DNA of 64,000 nucleotides from Flectonema sp. DT1601 (GCA_964019425.1 OZ025783.1:992001-1056000), one strand, 5' to 3'. Shown: positions 1 to 14,492, numbered from the stretch's first letter. Program-made: numbers and translations. Notes: generated by a model from the letters alone, not told the origin.

Positions 1-3000
1 AACACAATGCATTCCTAACATCTCAGGTGTATCGTACGGTGGAAGGGATGAGATGTATTTCTTATATTCTCCAACAGTCACAAAGTCTCTAACCACATAT
101 CCAGGATAAAATGTGTAGCTGCAATGAGAGTCAAAAATGTCATCTCTAAGCCATCTCTCAGCATAGGCTAATAGTATTCTGTGATCGTTGTGATTTGTCA
201 CACGACCACCGTATTGAACATCAGCAATCATGTATTGAAGAGTCGGCCAAGAAACACCTTTTTTAATATCAGTGAAGAGATAATTATATAAAAATGATGT
301 TGATGCAACCAAATCATGATGACTAAACTCATAAGGAGTACTCCATCCCATGCTACTGTATCTATTACGTTGAACAACAGCAGAGTGAAAGAAGCAGAGT
401 GTGAACAGTAGTAGTCTCCATTCCCTTTGTTTTATGGAATCAAGTTGATCTTGATTTATGTACTGAAAGGATTTGTGTAAGCTTAATTTAACCCCACGAG
501 GGGGTTCCAAGGCTATTTTAACACAACTGTGTAACGTTGAGATCGGAAACTCTGGATGAGGTAGACAAGTAATCCAAATTCTGCACATCGGAGATACCGC
601 ACCTGAATACGTAGAAAGAAATTCTGTTAAGTCGCTTATAAAATGTAAGTTTAGATGTACATTTTGAAGCACTACCCAACCACCATCACTTAGAGCCTGT
701 TGAACTGATTTTAACGCGAGAGGTTCTTGTGATTCTCCCATAGACACTTGAGTCACGATAACTCGATGTTTCTTACTTAGAATATCAATAGTGCTGTGGC
801 TATCAACTCCAGCTGATAACAAACACAGAATGGGAACTGTTGGTGATATGTGAGAGACGAAATCGAATTCATTTTCACTGCAGTCGATCAACGGTGGTGG
901 TAGTTTTGATTTCGTGTGTCTGTTTGATGAACCAGAATGACTATCAACGTGTTTTGATTGAGAGTCTTCTCTCATTCTTAAAAACGATGCGACCCATTTA
1001 TCACATGCTGTGCGAGTTCTATCTGGTCGCAGAGCGTTTATTATTAATATTTGATGAAATGGTTTAGTGTGATCTTCAATCCCCGGCAAAGCAACACTCT
1101 CTGGTGCCTGCTGTTGACACCAAGATTTCCATTCTTGTTCATAATGTAATATATTCGAAGTAATATGAGACAGAGCCTTTACTTCTTTTTCAAGCATTTT
1201 GAGATATTCATTTTCTTCAATTCCCAACCATAATATTGGATGGTCTTTAGCACTCGGAGGTGATTTTAAAAGGCATCCCACCTCTTCAGAAGTAATGATA
1301 TCAGCGTGTTGTTGTATGTAAAGCACTACTAATACTGAAAAGATGTGTTTTTCTGAACTGTAGTATCCCCTAAGCATACATGTGTGTACATGTTTAGTAA
1401 CCGACCCAAGAATATTAAGAATTCTCTTTGGAGGGTATGGATTCAGAGGAGCCCGTTGCATAGCTGCTTCAAACTCGACTGTAAATTGATGTAAGGACAC
1501 GTGATACATGTGTTGGATTTCTGACAAGTCTGCTATGGTACTGTACAGTAGAGCACCTCTAACAGCTATTTCAAGGTACTGGTCTCGCGCTTGGGCGATT
1601 TTGTTGTTTGAATCTGTGCATCCGACTAGTCTGTCAGCGATTTCATTGGACTTTTCTTTTGTTGCGGAGAGCACTTCCATTAGACCTCCATCGTCAAGAA
1701 GTCTGGTCCCTTCTTGTAGTAATAGTCTTTTTAATAATTCTTGTTCACAATTAGATAAAACTGATTCACATGATAACATTTCTTCTAAAATAGAAAGTCT
1801 GTCGTCTTCCAGAGAGGGTTTTTCGTAAATGACAACAGCGCTTAAAAGTTGTTCAGTAAGGCCTTGAATTGTAACAGTGAAGTCAACTACTGTTAATTTA
1901 GTGAAGACGTCGGGGTGAAATGTTGGATTTCTCTCCATTGAAGAGACTAAGTAAATCTCAAATCCCTCAACTACTTCTGCTTCAGTATCCTCCAACAAGA
2001 CTAACTGAACCTTTGTTCCATCTATGAGAGTTGCGGTGTTGTAATTCTTGTCTATCAAATTACTCAGAGCGCTAGGTATCGCTCGATGTATTTCCGTAAC
2101 AATAACAGGTTTGCCTTCTCTTGCTGCTTGAATAACTGTTTTAAGCCAATCAGCCTTTTTGACGCTCGTTTTGTAAACCTTTCCACGCTTTGCTGACATG
2201 TTTGTTAACCATTTAATCCCCTGACCTTGAGGATCAATTATTAATACTTTTCTAATCGATTGGGTAACTAAACGAGCGTTTTGCATTGATTGCTCATCCG
2301 TAGGGAGTCCTTCTAACACCCAGGTACGTTTCAGTTCCTGAGGTATGAGGGCTTCGCTAAAGGAAGCGGACGTGTATGGGAGGCACAAGTCGTCAAAATC
2401 TGACTCGACTTCCCCCAGGATCATCCTTCTATATTTCTGATTAAAAGGAGGGCAGTAACACTGAAATGCTGCAAGTCTCGCAGTGTCTCCCAATAGTCGT
2501 TTTTGTAATTCTGTGTTCGCTGTTGTTTGAGATAACCAGCGCTCACGCTCACCATCAAGTCCAGATATGAGACTCTGTGCTGTCAGAAGTCTTCTTTTTG
2601 TTGTTTCGGCGTCGGTTTGAAGGATCGTTTTTTCATCCAAGGCCCGTTGAAATTTGGATCTCATTTCGTCCAAGGCTGCTTGTTTTTGAGCGAGCTCTTC
2701 TTCACTCTTTCTCAGTAATATCTTTGCCTTGTAAAGCTGTGTTTCTGCGATTGTCAGTCGTTGACGTTTTGGAGCAATGGCCTTCGCAAAAGAATGATAA
2801 ATTGTAATCATTCTTATCCAGGTACATAATCCTGCTAATGACCCACATGCTGACCGAGCTCTCTCAACTGTGAAGTCTTCCATTCCTAAATAAGGAGCGA
2901 GAAGTTCACAATGTTCATCATTTACAGAGTCTTTAGGAAAGTCAACTAAGTGTTGTAAGAATCTAAAGTCGGTAGCCATTGCCTTTCCTTGAGTCCAAGA

Positions 3001-6000
3001 AGGCTTTAGAACTCTATTACCTGATGAGTCAGTCTCCCAACCAGCAGGGAAATCAACTGGAAAAGATCTCAACAATAACACTCCGTCAAGTATTCTTCTA
3101 ATTAGTGGAGGTGGGTTTGGAAGCCTTTTAAGAGTAGCAATGTCATCTGGTCTGATTGTATTCAAAGCGTTCTCAGCTGCTTTCATCGCAGGTTCTGCTG
3201 CAGCTAATTGTAACTGCGCCTCATCCTTTTCAAGAGAAACTTTTGCTGCCTGCTGAGCTAATGTGTTTCTGGTGTCTTCAACAGTCGCTGTTTGCTCTGC
3301 TGCCACATCCGCTTGAACTTTAATATCCTTGAGAAGGATTTCTAACTCTTGTGCAGCTCTGTCAAGGACAAGTTGTTTCTTTTTTAATGATCTTTTCATA
3401 TCTGTGATATCTACACGAGCTTGAGCCAGAACATTTATTCCATTATGAATACTGTTCTGTCTTTCTGTAATAGTATTTGATTTCTCTGAGTAAGAAGTTG
3501 TGTATATTTCTAAATATTGAAAGAAGTCACCCGGTGGAATCACAACTTGTCTCTTTGTTTCTTTATAGTATCTTGCTGCAAGGATTTGAGTAAAGTCGTG
3601 GATGCGAGCAGCGTGGTTGGCTAGAACTGATTTCGTATCTTTAGTTTTTTGAACTTTCCCAACTTGTTTAAGTACTGATGTCGTACTCGGACTCAAGTCT
3701 CCGAAATGTTCAATAGCAGTTGTCACGAGAGCATCAGCTGGCCATGTTGGGAACAAAATTAAAACACATTTATTCAACATCGCTGGAAATCTAAGTTTTT
3801 GCTTAAATATTGAATTACCAAACCCACCAAGTCCTGCTGAACAGTGAAGGACGATGTGAATATTGTTCCGAACTCGACTTCGATAACACGAATGAAGGTC
3901 AGCATTAGAAGGAGATTCTTTCTTAACGAACGGAATAAGATCGTCGTACAGAAGTTCTAAATCATCTTTTTGATGAAGACCAACAATCTCACCAGTAGTA
4001 AGTAAAGTATTAACAAGTTCAAGTATAAAGTCTTTGGTTAAGTGATGTTCCGATACTAACAACGTAACAGGTTGAGTAATAGCCGCAAGCTTGTGAAGTA
4101 AACGTAAATCATCAATGAACGATTGATATGAATAGTTTCCTAATGGCAGTTCAAAAAACTTATGTCCCATTGCATAGGCTGCTAGTCCAGTTAGACTTCT
4201 TCTACCTGATCCTGGGATTCCCAATAACAATACTGACGTTGACGGCGTTTGTAAGCAGCGGCTTATACGAACTACCCGTCTAACAGCATAGTCAAACAGT
4301 AATAGATTAAATGAGGACTTTGGGTTTGCTTCGTTATAGCGTTCGATAATTCTCTGAAGTCGGAATCGAATTTCAAGTTCAGAATCTGCTCTCTCATAAT
4401 ACGGTGGTTGGACGATAATTTCCCCATCATCCTCAATATCCTCTCTTAAGAAATGAGCCCACAGATTACTATCTCCTTTTAAATAACCCGCAGACTCTTT
4501 GAATAATTGTTCTATCCGTTTTGTGTATTCCATTGTCACCCAGTTGCTGTCAGTTTCTTCTAATTTGTCACAAAAAACTCTTCTCAACTCATGTTCGTAT
4601 AGCAACAATACATCTAATTGAGTAGACAAGACATCAGGATGTGCCATTATCAATCCTAACGTGACTCTCGATAAGTCTCTAATGGTGAATGTGTATTGTT
4701 CCTTACCAGGGATTGGTATCAGTTTTGCTATTATGTCTTGCCAAAGTAATCTGGTAACCGGAACTAATTGAGAGAGGATGTTTATGTGTGAAGTAGTTCC
4801 AAAATGTCGTTCTAATATTGTACCGTAAATCATATCAAGTGATGGTGGCGGGGGTAAGATTGAATTAACAATAAAGAAGTGTTGACATAGTCGAGTTGGT
4901 ACTTGTTTCTCTCCAGTAGGATGATCACACGCAGCGATAAACTGTGTTGATGTAAGTATTATTTTATCAGCCGTTTCAAGTCGATTCCTGCTATAAAAAA
5001 ACCCGTAGTCAAGAACTTGTCTTATTAATTCAAGTGTTGGATTATCACCCCAATGATTAGCAGCTGGCATTGATAAATCATCGAGAAAGATATCAAGTGT
5101 TGTTCCTGGTGGTGGTCCCCAATTAAAACCAGAGATTCTTTCAACAAAACTCTGAATACTATTCTGTAGACCAACTGGTCCACTTACTGATGACAGGGCT
5201 AGTATCCTGGATAGAAATGATCCTCCAGTCTCTTCTCCACGTCTTCTTAAGTGATTGAGGATGCTTGATGTCTTTCCAATACCACTCTTTCCGATAACTA
5301 AAACATTTCTTTTAAAATTAACAACATTTTGAAGTCTTTTTGACGCCATTTGAATGACATAGTGTAGTTGCATGCTTTCAGGTGTCAACACAAACACTTC
5401 ATGATGCGGTACGTTCTGAGGTGTTGCACTAATCAGACTGCTAGCGTTCCATGTTGCCCATGAACTGGTATGAGGATCAATGTAAAGATCAAATATCGAA
5501 TGATTTGTAAACAATCCATCAGGGTCACATTGTAAGTCAATTACTGACTTGTGATGTTTTGCGAATTCCCAAACACGTTCCCGACAAGTAGTTTCTAATA
5601 CTCCTGCGATTCCCCATAAGATTCCAAAGAGAGTTATTCTACTCAGAGTTGATTGATTATGAATGTTACTTTTACTTTGTGAATCTGTAAAGAATCCCTC
5701 CATTAACTTCAATGAGTTTAGAATTAGTTGACTATCAGTAAGTTTTATTGTGTGATTGCAATCTTGAGAAACTACTGAGAGAAGTTGAGGTACAAGAGCG
5801 TCATACAAATCAGAAATAGTACTTCCACCTGATCGTAAGATGTGTTTATATTTAGCCAACCAAGACGTCAACAAAGCATTCCATGACAGACATCCACTAC
5901 TAAAGTAAATAGTACCAAGTCTTGAAACAGTTGCAGGAGAAGCCTGACTAAGACTCAACACTTCAAATACTAACAATAAGTTCTTTGGAAGTGACAGCCG

Positions 6001-9000
6001 TTCATTGTTTGGAAGAGTTAATAATTTAGTATCATCTAATACTGTATTTAATGATTCAATCCAATGAGGATCAACTGGACCATCAAGAATAAACCATGAT
6101 CCAATATGATTCCTTTGTCTACGAGAACTCTTCCTCCAAAGTGTTGTAAAGACTCCATCACACCAATCACCTGTTTGACGATCATAACGTCCGTACATTT
6201 CAGTTACTGAAAGTGTCTTTGGGTTTAAATAAATGGTGCGCTGTGGGAATTCAAGATTCATCGCTGCAATCAGAACTTTTAGTGCGGAAGATTTACCAGT
6301 AGCGCTGGGTCCCATGACGCAGATTCCGTGTCTTGCTTTACTTTGTTCGTAAGTTTGGAGAATCTTTGCTTCCCACTCTGGAGCAGGTGAGTAATCAAGA
6401 TTACTGAGTTCTCGTCTAACGTTTCGTAGTAGAGGTGATTGTTGAGGATCACATCTTTCTCCAGGGAAGATATCATTAAGAAGGTCTGAGAATAGTAAAG
6501 CATCCTCTTCTACTAACTTACTGAGATTCATTTCCCTTAATACTCTCACAAGTACACTCCGCTCTAGAGCAGCATCTTCCTTTATCACAGGAGTAGTAGT
6601 GATACTTGTTCTTCTTGTACAGCACCCCCTCAAGTCTTCACCACATCTTCTAAGTACTGCTAAAACAGACCTCAACCCGAAGTCATAGTGATTACAAGCT
6701 CCAAGTTGTTGTTTGCAGAGTGAGTAAAGAGATTGGAATTTTCGAGCCAGAGTTATGCAATCAAGGAAACCAGAAGCTGCGAGTCTGACTCTCATAATTG
6801 ATTGACTGTCAGGAACAACAACAGCGATACTTCTAAAGAGAGCTTTCATATTCTCTGGTAATTCATTACGACCTTCATAACCTTTACCTCCAGGGTTTAG
6901 AGTTACGAATATAGATGCCATCGAGTCTAATTTAATAAATGCTCCATCTGGAAAGGTTACTTCAGCCTGTCTGTTTCGTTTACCGTGAAGCACGCATGCT
7001 ACTTGAGCAGCGACTACAGAGAGAATCTTTGTATCAACTCTGTTGATTTCATCAAAACCACACCAACAACCAGACATAGCAATTCCTTTAAACATATTAG
7101 CCATCGTACCTATTCCCATTTGATCACTGCAGTTCATTACAATAACAAATCTTCCGAATGATCTTCCCATGTCTTTAACTGTTTCAGTCTTTCCTGTTCC
7201 AGCTGGTCCGATAGGATTTCCTCCGTAGCCCATTCCAATAGCCTGAGCTGAGGATATGTAAATCCTATCAGTCAGTTCTGTTACGACAAGTCGTTCCACG
7301 CAACCCAAATATTCAAAAGCATAGTCGAAGTCTGTATCAGTGACTGATGCCTGACAAGTGTCGCGATCGACCTGTTTTTTTTTTTTGTTTTTTTCGTTTG
7401 TTTCTTTTCTTGTTGCGGCTCTATTATAATCACAAAGAAACAGATAAGAATAACATACCTTCCAATAGAACCGAACGTGTTTCAACCATTCGAAGTCAGC
7501 TGCTGATCGTATTTTCTTACAAGACCGTTGTAATAACAACAACACATCAAATTGATGAATTTGAATAGTGAGCAAAGCTTCAATACAAGTTCTCTCTCTT
7601 GGTTGTAATTGTAAACGTGTTTTACTTATGAAATGCTCCTGGATTTGTTTGTGTTTTCTAACTTTGGAAGTCATGATACCCTTTTCAGTTTTTTGAACAG
7701 TTAAGGCAAATTCACAGTCTGCAGTCCACATTAATTGTATACCCAACAATGAGACTTGAGCTGAATACTCTTCCACTAAATCATTCAATGATGATACTTG
7801 AATGTGACCTTCAAATGATGACAGGTCGGAAACCATTCGATGAGTTTGCATTTTAAGAGTGTGTTGTTGTTCTGCTAATAAATTATGCAACCATTCCATG
7901 ACATCATACGATGTTGAGACTGGGCTATCTAATTGGATCACTTCACCCTCAGCTGATGATAACGATGTAATACTCGCAGGTTCATCTTTACTAAAATGTA
8001 ATTCATAAATATTATTTGTTATACTCGGCAAGTACTGCTGAACCGTCGAAGGATTTGACGCCTGTCCAAGAATTTCAAGCAACTGCGCGTTTGACACGAA
8101 GTAAAAACGAGGCTGAGCATTTCTTTTTTTAAGCAAATAACCAGATAAAGATTTCTGACACATATCAAGGTACAATCTTAAATGTGGTAACAAGTTCGAT
8201 AACATATCTCCCTGGATGCATAGTTTCAGTACTTTTGGTGTTTCTGCAACTGATTTCATTATTTTGATCCACTGTCTGTCAATATTGCTAAACCTTTTAA
8301 CTTCTGCGGGCATCTCTTTGCAAATATCCGAACTAGAAAAAACAGCTTCCAAATAAATCCATAAGTGTTGAACTTCAAGCCATTCAGAAATACACTCTTG
8401 AGTTGCAGTCAGCTTACTGATCCAAAGCATTATATCTTTTTTAAAAGGAGCATTAAATCTACTACACAAGAGTGATGTTAGCGTTGTTTGACCTTCTTCT
8501 ACTTTTGATATTAATTCCGATGTTGTATCTGACTTTAGAGTTACCAAACCTCTGTTTTTAAAAGGGGCAAGCTGAAACTCTTTATCGAGCCACTCTTCTT
8601 TTATTTTAAGTAATTTCGCTTCCAACTCAAACTCCTTCTGAGCTGCAGCTATTATTTCCTCAACTTCCGTCTTGTTGTTTACTAATTTCGCTTCCATGAT
8701 GTGACGAAGACGAAATTCTTGTAATTTCGGATTTAAAGTACAACCTGTCAGACTACTGAGTTGCTGCCAATGCCTCTCACAAATACACTTTGATAGTAAT
8801 TGTTCAAGGATAGGAACTGTGTCAAGGAGCTCATCAATTATACCGCGAAGTTCTTTATATCCCAACCAGTCTCTTAGAGCTGCAGGCATCTTCTTTACTC
8901 TTTCATGAAATTGTTTTATAGTTTGTTTAACTTTATCAATATTGAGTTCAATCCAAGGCTTCTCTTCAAGAAGTGCCTTTGATGTGAGAACTTCAGTGTA

Positions 9001-12000
9001 CAGATCGTACAGCTTTCCTAAGAGACGGAGTTCCTTCTCAATTTGATCTACTTCAGGGTATCTGGTAATTGGAAGACCAAACAGGTTTTCACCCATTTGA
9101 AAATCTAAAAGCTTTCTCTTGCATTCAACGAATTGTATTTTAAATACTTTGAGCCGTTCAACAGCTAGTCTTGGTTCAATATGATCAACCATTGGACCAT
9201 TTCGATCGTAGTCACTTTTAAATGTTCTAATTTGGGAATTAAACTGCGACACGTCATGCAGTAATACTCCTCTGAACTTTGGACAATCACCCTGGAGGTG
9301 ATCCATTATTGATCTAGACTGAGTTACTAAATCATTCCATTGAAAACCAATCCTATCAACTTGATCTTGTTCTTCTTTAGTAACTTTGATGTTGTATCTG
9401 TAGAGGATGTCGTAGGCGTTTACAATTGGAAGGAGTTTCATGTCAATTTCAGATTCATCTGCTCGAAGTCGGGAAATGACTGACATTATTCTATTCACAT
9501 CTGATAAGTCATGAACAGTTCTACTTAACTTCGCTTGAATATCTTCCATATTGTGTACCAAGTTATCCATTTTTAACTTTACCATTCCATTAAGAGCTGA
9601 TCCGTATGCTGCTTTCCATGCAGCAGCTTCTTGAGTCAGGTATGACTTTAACTTCGACATATCAATATGAATACAACCGATAACGTGACTGTTTGGTAAC
9701 ATTGCTATTGTCTTTTCCATGTTGTAGAATGAGGTGATGTTTTCTTCGTAGTCATCAAAATTTTTCGATTGCTGGTTTTGTTGATTCATAGTAAACGTTT
9801 CTATCACGTCAGCTCTATTTCCTCTCAGTAAAGTACCAAACTGACCAAACTGTTGTAAGAATGTTGACAACTGACTTTGAAGACCAGAGACACTTCCTGT
9901 TAGTTGTAAAAAGACTTTTGTCATTCGTCTGTTTTTACCAATTCGTAGGAATAACGACTTCAATCTACTTCGAGGAGCAGTGTCTTGATCACCCTCATCA
10001 CTGCTGTCATGAGCGAGGACTTTTTCAAGAATCTGAACATCGGCTTCCGCAGATCTGGTCGCAGCTTCTGTTCGGAGGATTGCAGATTGGTGTTCCACAA
10101 CATCATAACTTTGAGGGGATTTACCATCTTGCTTCCATCGATAGATTCCTCTTGCAGATTCTAATATACTCCTAGCCATTCTATTTAAACACTTTTGTAA
10201 GTCTTCCAGGGAAGGAGAAAAATCAACCGATCTGAACTTTATAACCAATTCTACATTAAACACAACTGGTGAAGGATGAATAAAAGCATCAGATGCTGTT
10301 CCAGTAATTCGACGTTTTAAATAGACTACTGACTGTTGCATTGCTTGTAAGAGAGCTTGAAATAATGAGTGCTCAAAAAAGCTAAATAGCTCGGCAATAG
10401 CAGGTGTAACACTTTGCATGTCATCCTCGGAATAACCTGAGGTAATAATATTTACAACTTCTCTTACTGATGATGCTATTTCACAGTTGAGGACATTCAT
10501 CTGTTGACTTATGGAGTGTGCGTACGTCTGTTGAGCATTTATTAATTCTTGAATTGAATATGCCTGTCCATCACTAACTCCCTCATCACCATCATTAGTA
10601 GCAGCCAGACATATAAAGGAAGTATTTTCAACTATCTGAAGTGACCTGTCGATTCTGTATCTGAACACGTTGTTGACTCTTTTCGACATTGTTTCAACAT
10701 TTTGAATAGCGTCAAAAACACTTCTGATATACAATCCGATGTTTAATGACCTCCATGTCAGTTGAACTAACCCAGGGTTAATATAAATATTTAATTCGTT
10801 TATTGTCGGTGTGATTATGCTGTGGCATTTTGGATTTGTTGATTGAACAACAGCATAGTAACGTGAAATCATGTAAGTCAGTTCTTCATTGTATCTGAAT
10901 AAAGTGTTTTTTTGGGAATATAATGAGCGGGCCTCAGGTGGAACTGGGAGACATAATTTAGTCATGTATTCCACTTCGTGGATTACCTTCCGAACTTCAC
11001 AATCAAAATTAACATAAACTTTCTTGGTATGCTCATCGCAGACTAACAGTGGCATTTGCATGCCTGCCAGTGCGTGTTCAGAAACTTGTTGATACCAAGC
11101 CCTCTGCCATCGGGATTCGTATGTCACTAACGTCTTTGCTACTTTATTAAATGTGCTTATGATCCTTCGTGCTTCTCTTGACATTAATAGATGTGATGTT
11201 TCTTGAAAGACTTTCATCGGATTCTCAATCTTACGCAATAACTGTCTAACCCAACTAATAGCTCCAGCAACAGGAGGAGAGTTCCTATCACAAGGTGGAT
11301 CTTCTTTGTGTTTTTCATAAAGGGTTTTTATGTGTTCTAAATCTCTACCGTAAGAAACAAATATTGATCCGTGTTTCTCTTCAAGTAGCTTAGATATGTG
11401 ATTGTTATTTATTACAGCTTTAAACATACGAAGAAGGTGCAATGCCTTTGCAGTGTTAGTAACAGTTAAGAAACAGTTGTTGAGGAAAACGACTAGTTCG
11501 GTGCTGAGTTCTTGTACTCTAACTTTATAGTCTTGATAGACGGCATCGAACTCTCGATTACGAGCTTCTAAGTAGTCACCGCTTTGCTCACGGAGATCAG
11601 ATAGGATTGTGTCGTATTGGATACAAAGTTGTTTGCTGTTGTCTATATTAGCAGCTGCTAGTCGTCCAAATTGTCGTGTGACGTGCATGATGTCAATTAC
11701 TTTTGTTAATCTCACACAAAATAAATCAAACCTCCCAAAAACACTCGCTTCTGAAAAACTAAATTGTGGTCCAAATATATTAGCCGCCATCTCTCCCTTT
11801 GTCTGTCTAAAGTGAAACACATATGTTTCCTTAAGTTCCGTGCAGGCTTTTAGGTCTTCAATGGCTGACGTTGCATCTTGGTCCCAAATTTCACCATTGC
11901 GTTCGAGGTATCTTCGACATCCTTTAATGATTTGATTTGTTATTTTTATGAACAAAGAAGTCAACCTCTCACTTGTGTTGTAATACTTACTGATGCTATG

Positions 12001-13294
12001 AACCATTCTTATGACGTTCATAATAGCAGGTATGACTTGTTTTATTGCATGTAGAGAAGCTGTTCCTGTGAATAATGGTTCTGCAAAACGTTCTAAGGTA
12101 CCCAAATACTTTGAGTTGTCTTTACTTTCATTAGCGGCTTCGATTACTTTGGCTTCGACTTCTTTCCATTCAGATAGGACCTGTGGTGTGGTGGTGGTAG
12201 TGTTGTTTTATAGATGTGCTTTATAAGACATAATAACATACTTGTTGAGTTCTAGCGCCAGCCATCATTAACACTCCAACAACAATCTTATTTCCTTTGA
12301 ACTGTAAATTATCAGTAATGTGATTGAGTTGGGCTGTTCTTTTCTTCCAATATTCAAGTTCTAGTTCAGGTCCACTGTCATCACCGAATTTTGCCATATT
12401 ATCAGCAGCTGACCCTGATTCAATCGCTGGTAACATTCCCTGACTTAGTAGTTTCTTAACCTCTCTAATCCAATGGTATAGAGTCACTTCATAACATTCT
12501 ATTACTTCTCGTTTTTGAGCTGCCTTGCCGAATGCCTTGTGATTGAAATCAATACAAAATCGTCTGGTAGGTTTCGTAAGTGTGACGGTTTGTTTCATAT
12601 TATCACTTATTCGTTTTAATTGATTTTGGTATTGATGAGATTTTTGAATAAAATCACTGATTTCAGTGACATTTGAAGGCTTCCATCCTGGCTGTGATTC
12701 AGTCAGTTCACCGTAATCAGTACGCTCTTCTAGGGCTGGGAAGAATAAATGTTTGAGGTCTTCGTGAAGTGTTTCCAAAACATCAGTTTCTCCATTTTCA
12801 TTTCCTCGAATACTTCCAACGAAGACTTTGTCGCAGATGTTCTTTTCTGTTATGAGACAAAGGTCTTCGGGATCTCTAATAAAATAAACACAATTATATC
12901 GAGAAAGGGAATGTAATTTATCACTTGTTACTACAATTGATTGCACTGCAGCAGCACTACTCGTGGTAGACCCTGATGACGCACTTGATGCGTCCTGATC
13001 GTAAGATGAATTAGCAGTAGATAACGTACTAATTGTTGATAATGTTGTGGAGTGACTAATACTTGCAGCATCATCCATTGCATAAGCTTCTACTGTTCGT
13101 TCTTTCTTTGCTGTGAACCAAAATAATCTATTCGTTCCACCCTCTCTTATAAACTGCATTATAACTGGATCAAAACTCTCTACGGTGTTGTTGAATGATT
13201 CTGCATCAAGTCCAACGTATCCTACTACGTTGGAATAAAAGAATGAGCGGATCCCAGAAAGAACACCTCCGACGTCATTAAATTGACTACTCAT
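1..13294 (-). CDS. DNAH5: Axonemal dynein heavy chain, outer-arm gamma / DNAH5-DNAH8 type; exons 13294-12242, 12180-7459, 7371-<1; >4,380 aa, 3' end outside window
   Basis: Manual minus-strand translation at several points: GPELELEYWKKR (N-tail), WLEVQHLWIYLEAVF (linker), AAA1 EYLGCVERLVVTELTDR..GPAGTGKTETVKDMG..NCSDQM (~7120-7315), AAA2 GPSATGKS (~6290), AAA3 GKSGIGKT (~5280), AAA4 GIPGSGRRS (~4200), LPPYDTPEMLGMH at the left edge. Both splice junctions keep the frame. Confidence 0.93.
7372..7458 (-). other. Dynein intron 2, 87 nt, phase 0, in-frame and stop-free, GTATGT...AAAAAACAG
   Basis: Removal restores FEWLKHVRFYWK|VDRDTCQASVTDTDFDYAFEYLG; the intervening sequence is low-complexity. 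Confidence 0.9.
12181..12241 (-). other. Dynein intron 1, 61 nt, phase 0, GTATGT...CACCACAG
   Basis: Removal joins ..ARTQQ to VLSEWKEVEAKVIEAANESKDNSKYL, a conserved dynein tail motif; the unspliced ORF stops inside the intron. Confidence 0.92.
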
Positions 13295-13440
13295 CAAATG
13301 TCAGTTGTTTTAATACCTTACGACATTGTGAAGTCACTGTTATTATTATTGGGGGGGTAATTACATTATAGGTGGTCAAACCTGCAACCAAAAGTGAAAG
13401 ATGCTAATCATAAAAACATTATAAGAACATCGGTACGTTA

Positions 13441-14430
13441 TTATGGTAACTCACATCCTCTTCTTTGAATTACAACAGCAGCGCATGAGTGTCCACTTGC
13501 AATAGCGCAACTAAAGTCTGATGGCATAGTGTACATCGATGAGAGAACACCTCCAGCAAAAGCATCACCAGCACCGTTAGTATCGACAATTGAATCGAAT
13601 GCTACCTTCGGAACATCAAATAGCTTTGTCGGTTTACCAACTTCAAATAGCATAGTTTGTTTACTCCCATTCGTTACGATGAAGCTCGTATTCGGAAATC
13701 TTGAACGCGCATTCTCCAGACTTGAGAATTCGTGTGCAGTACAAAACGCCTCAAACTCATTAAAGTTTCCAATTAAAATAGCAGCTGAAGGAAGGATATC
13801 AATCAGCGCTTGTTTAACAACAGGTCGACTTTGTAAAGCAGCAGACGAGAGATTTATAACCAACAAAGACTCACTACTTATCAGACTCTTGGCAGTTTGA
13901 ACAGCAGCAACACGTTCTGGTGTGGTCAGTCCAAATGAAGTAGAATAGAGAATTTTAGTTTTTGAAAGTGTGGGTTCACAAGTTCTTACTGCTGCAGAGG
14001 TTAACATACGACAGGAAGCAGGAACTCCAACTATCGATCTCTCTCCGTTAGTTACCAACACTAAAGACCTTCCTGTTGGAGCTGTTGAAACACAATGGAA
14101 TGTTGAGGTGTCAACAGATACTTTGAGGCATTCACTTCTCAGGAAAGCCTCGTCAGAATCACTACCGACAGCACCAATCGCTGCGACTGCTTTTTGAATT
14201 CCCTTTTGTTGTAATGCCCAGCCAGTCACTCTCGCTGTATTTAGGGATGCTCCTCCCGCTACTCTTTCACAACGGCTTTTAAAAGATTCCAATAAAGCTG
14301 CAGCACCCTCTTGATCACCTCGATATTTCTCAGGACACTCTCCACCAACAGTCAATCCTTTAGAAAGGACCTCCTCTTCAGTGCTCTCTGCGATGTAATC
14401 CACCATCGGGTTACCAATAGTGACAATCAT
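13441..14430 (-). CDS. PfkB-family carbohydrate/nucleoside kinase (adenosine-kinase-like)
   Basis: IGNPMVD N-terminal motif, GGASLNTARV, IGAVGSD, and the C-terminal PfkB signature IVDTNGAGDAFAGG; first ATG at 14430. Confidence 0.88.
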   Translation of the reverse strand: MIVTIGNPMVDYIAESTEEEVLSKGLTVGGECPEKYRGDQEGAAALLESFKSRCERVAGGASLNTARVTGWALQQKGIQKAVAAIGAVGSDSDEAFLRSECLKVSVDTSTFHCVSTAPTGRSLVLVTNGERSIVGVPASCRMLTSAAVRTCEPTLSKTKILYSTSFGLTTPERVAAVQTAKSLISSESLLVINLSSAALQSRPVVKQALIDILPSAAILIGNFNEFEAFCTAHEFSSLENARSRFPNTSFIVTNGSKQTMLFEVGKPTKLFDVPKVAFDSIVDTNGAGDAFAGGVLSSMYTMPSDFSCAIASGHSCAAVVIQRRGCELP

Positions 14431-14459
14431 CAAAGAAATATATTATTTGATTCCTTCTC

Positions 14460-14492
14460 CTGCGAGAGTTGCTCTGAAGAATGAAAACATAC
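14460..14492 (-). other. Candidate 5'-UTR mini-intron (33 nt, GTATGT..GCAG) of the PfkB gene
   Basis: Donor and acceptor motifs; acceptor 30 nt upstream of the ATG. Confidence 0.5.

Noticed and set aside
1..12180. Absence of long ORFs suggesting a pseudogene or reassigned stop codons
   Set aside because: Spot translations share one frame under the standard code; internal stops would have produced listed fragments; other genes end normally in TAA, TAG or TGA.
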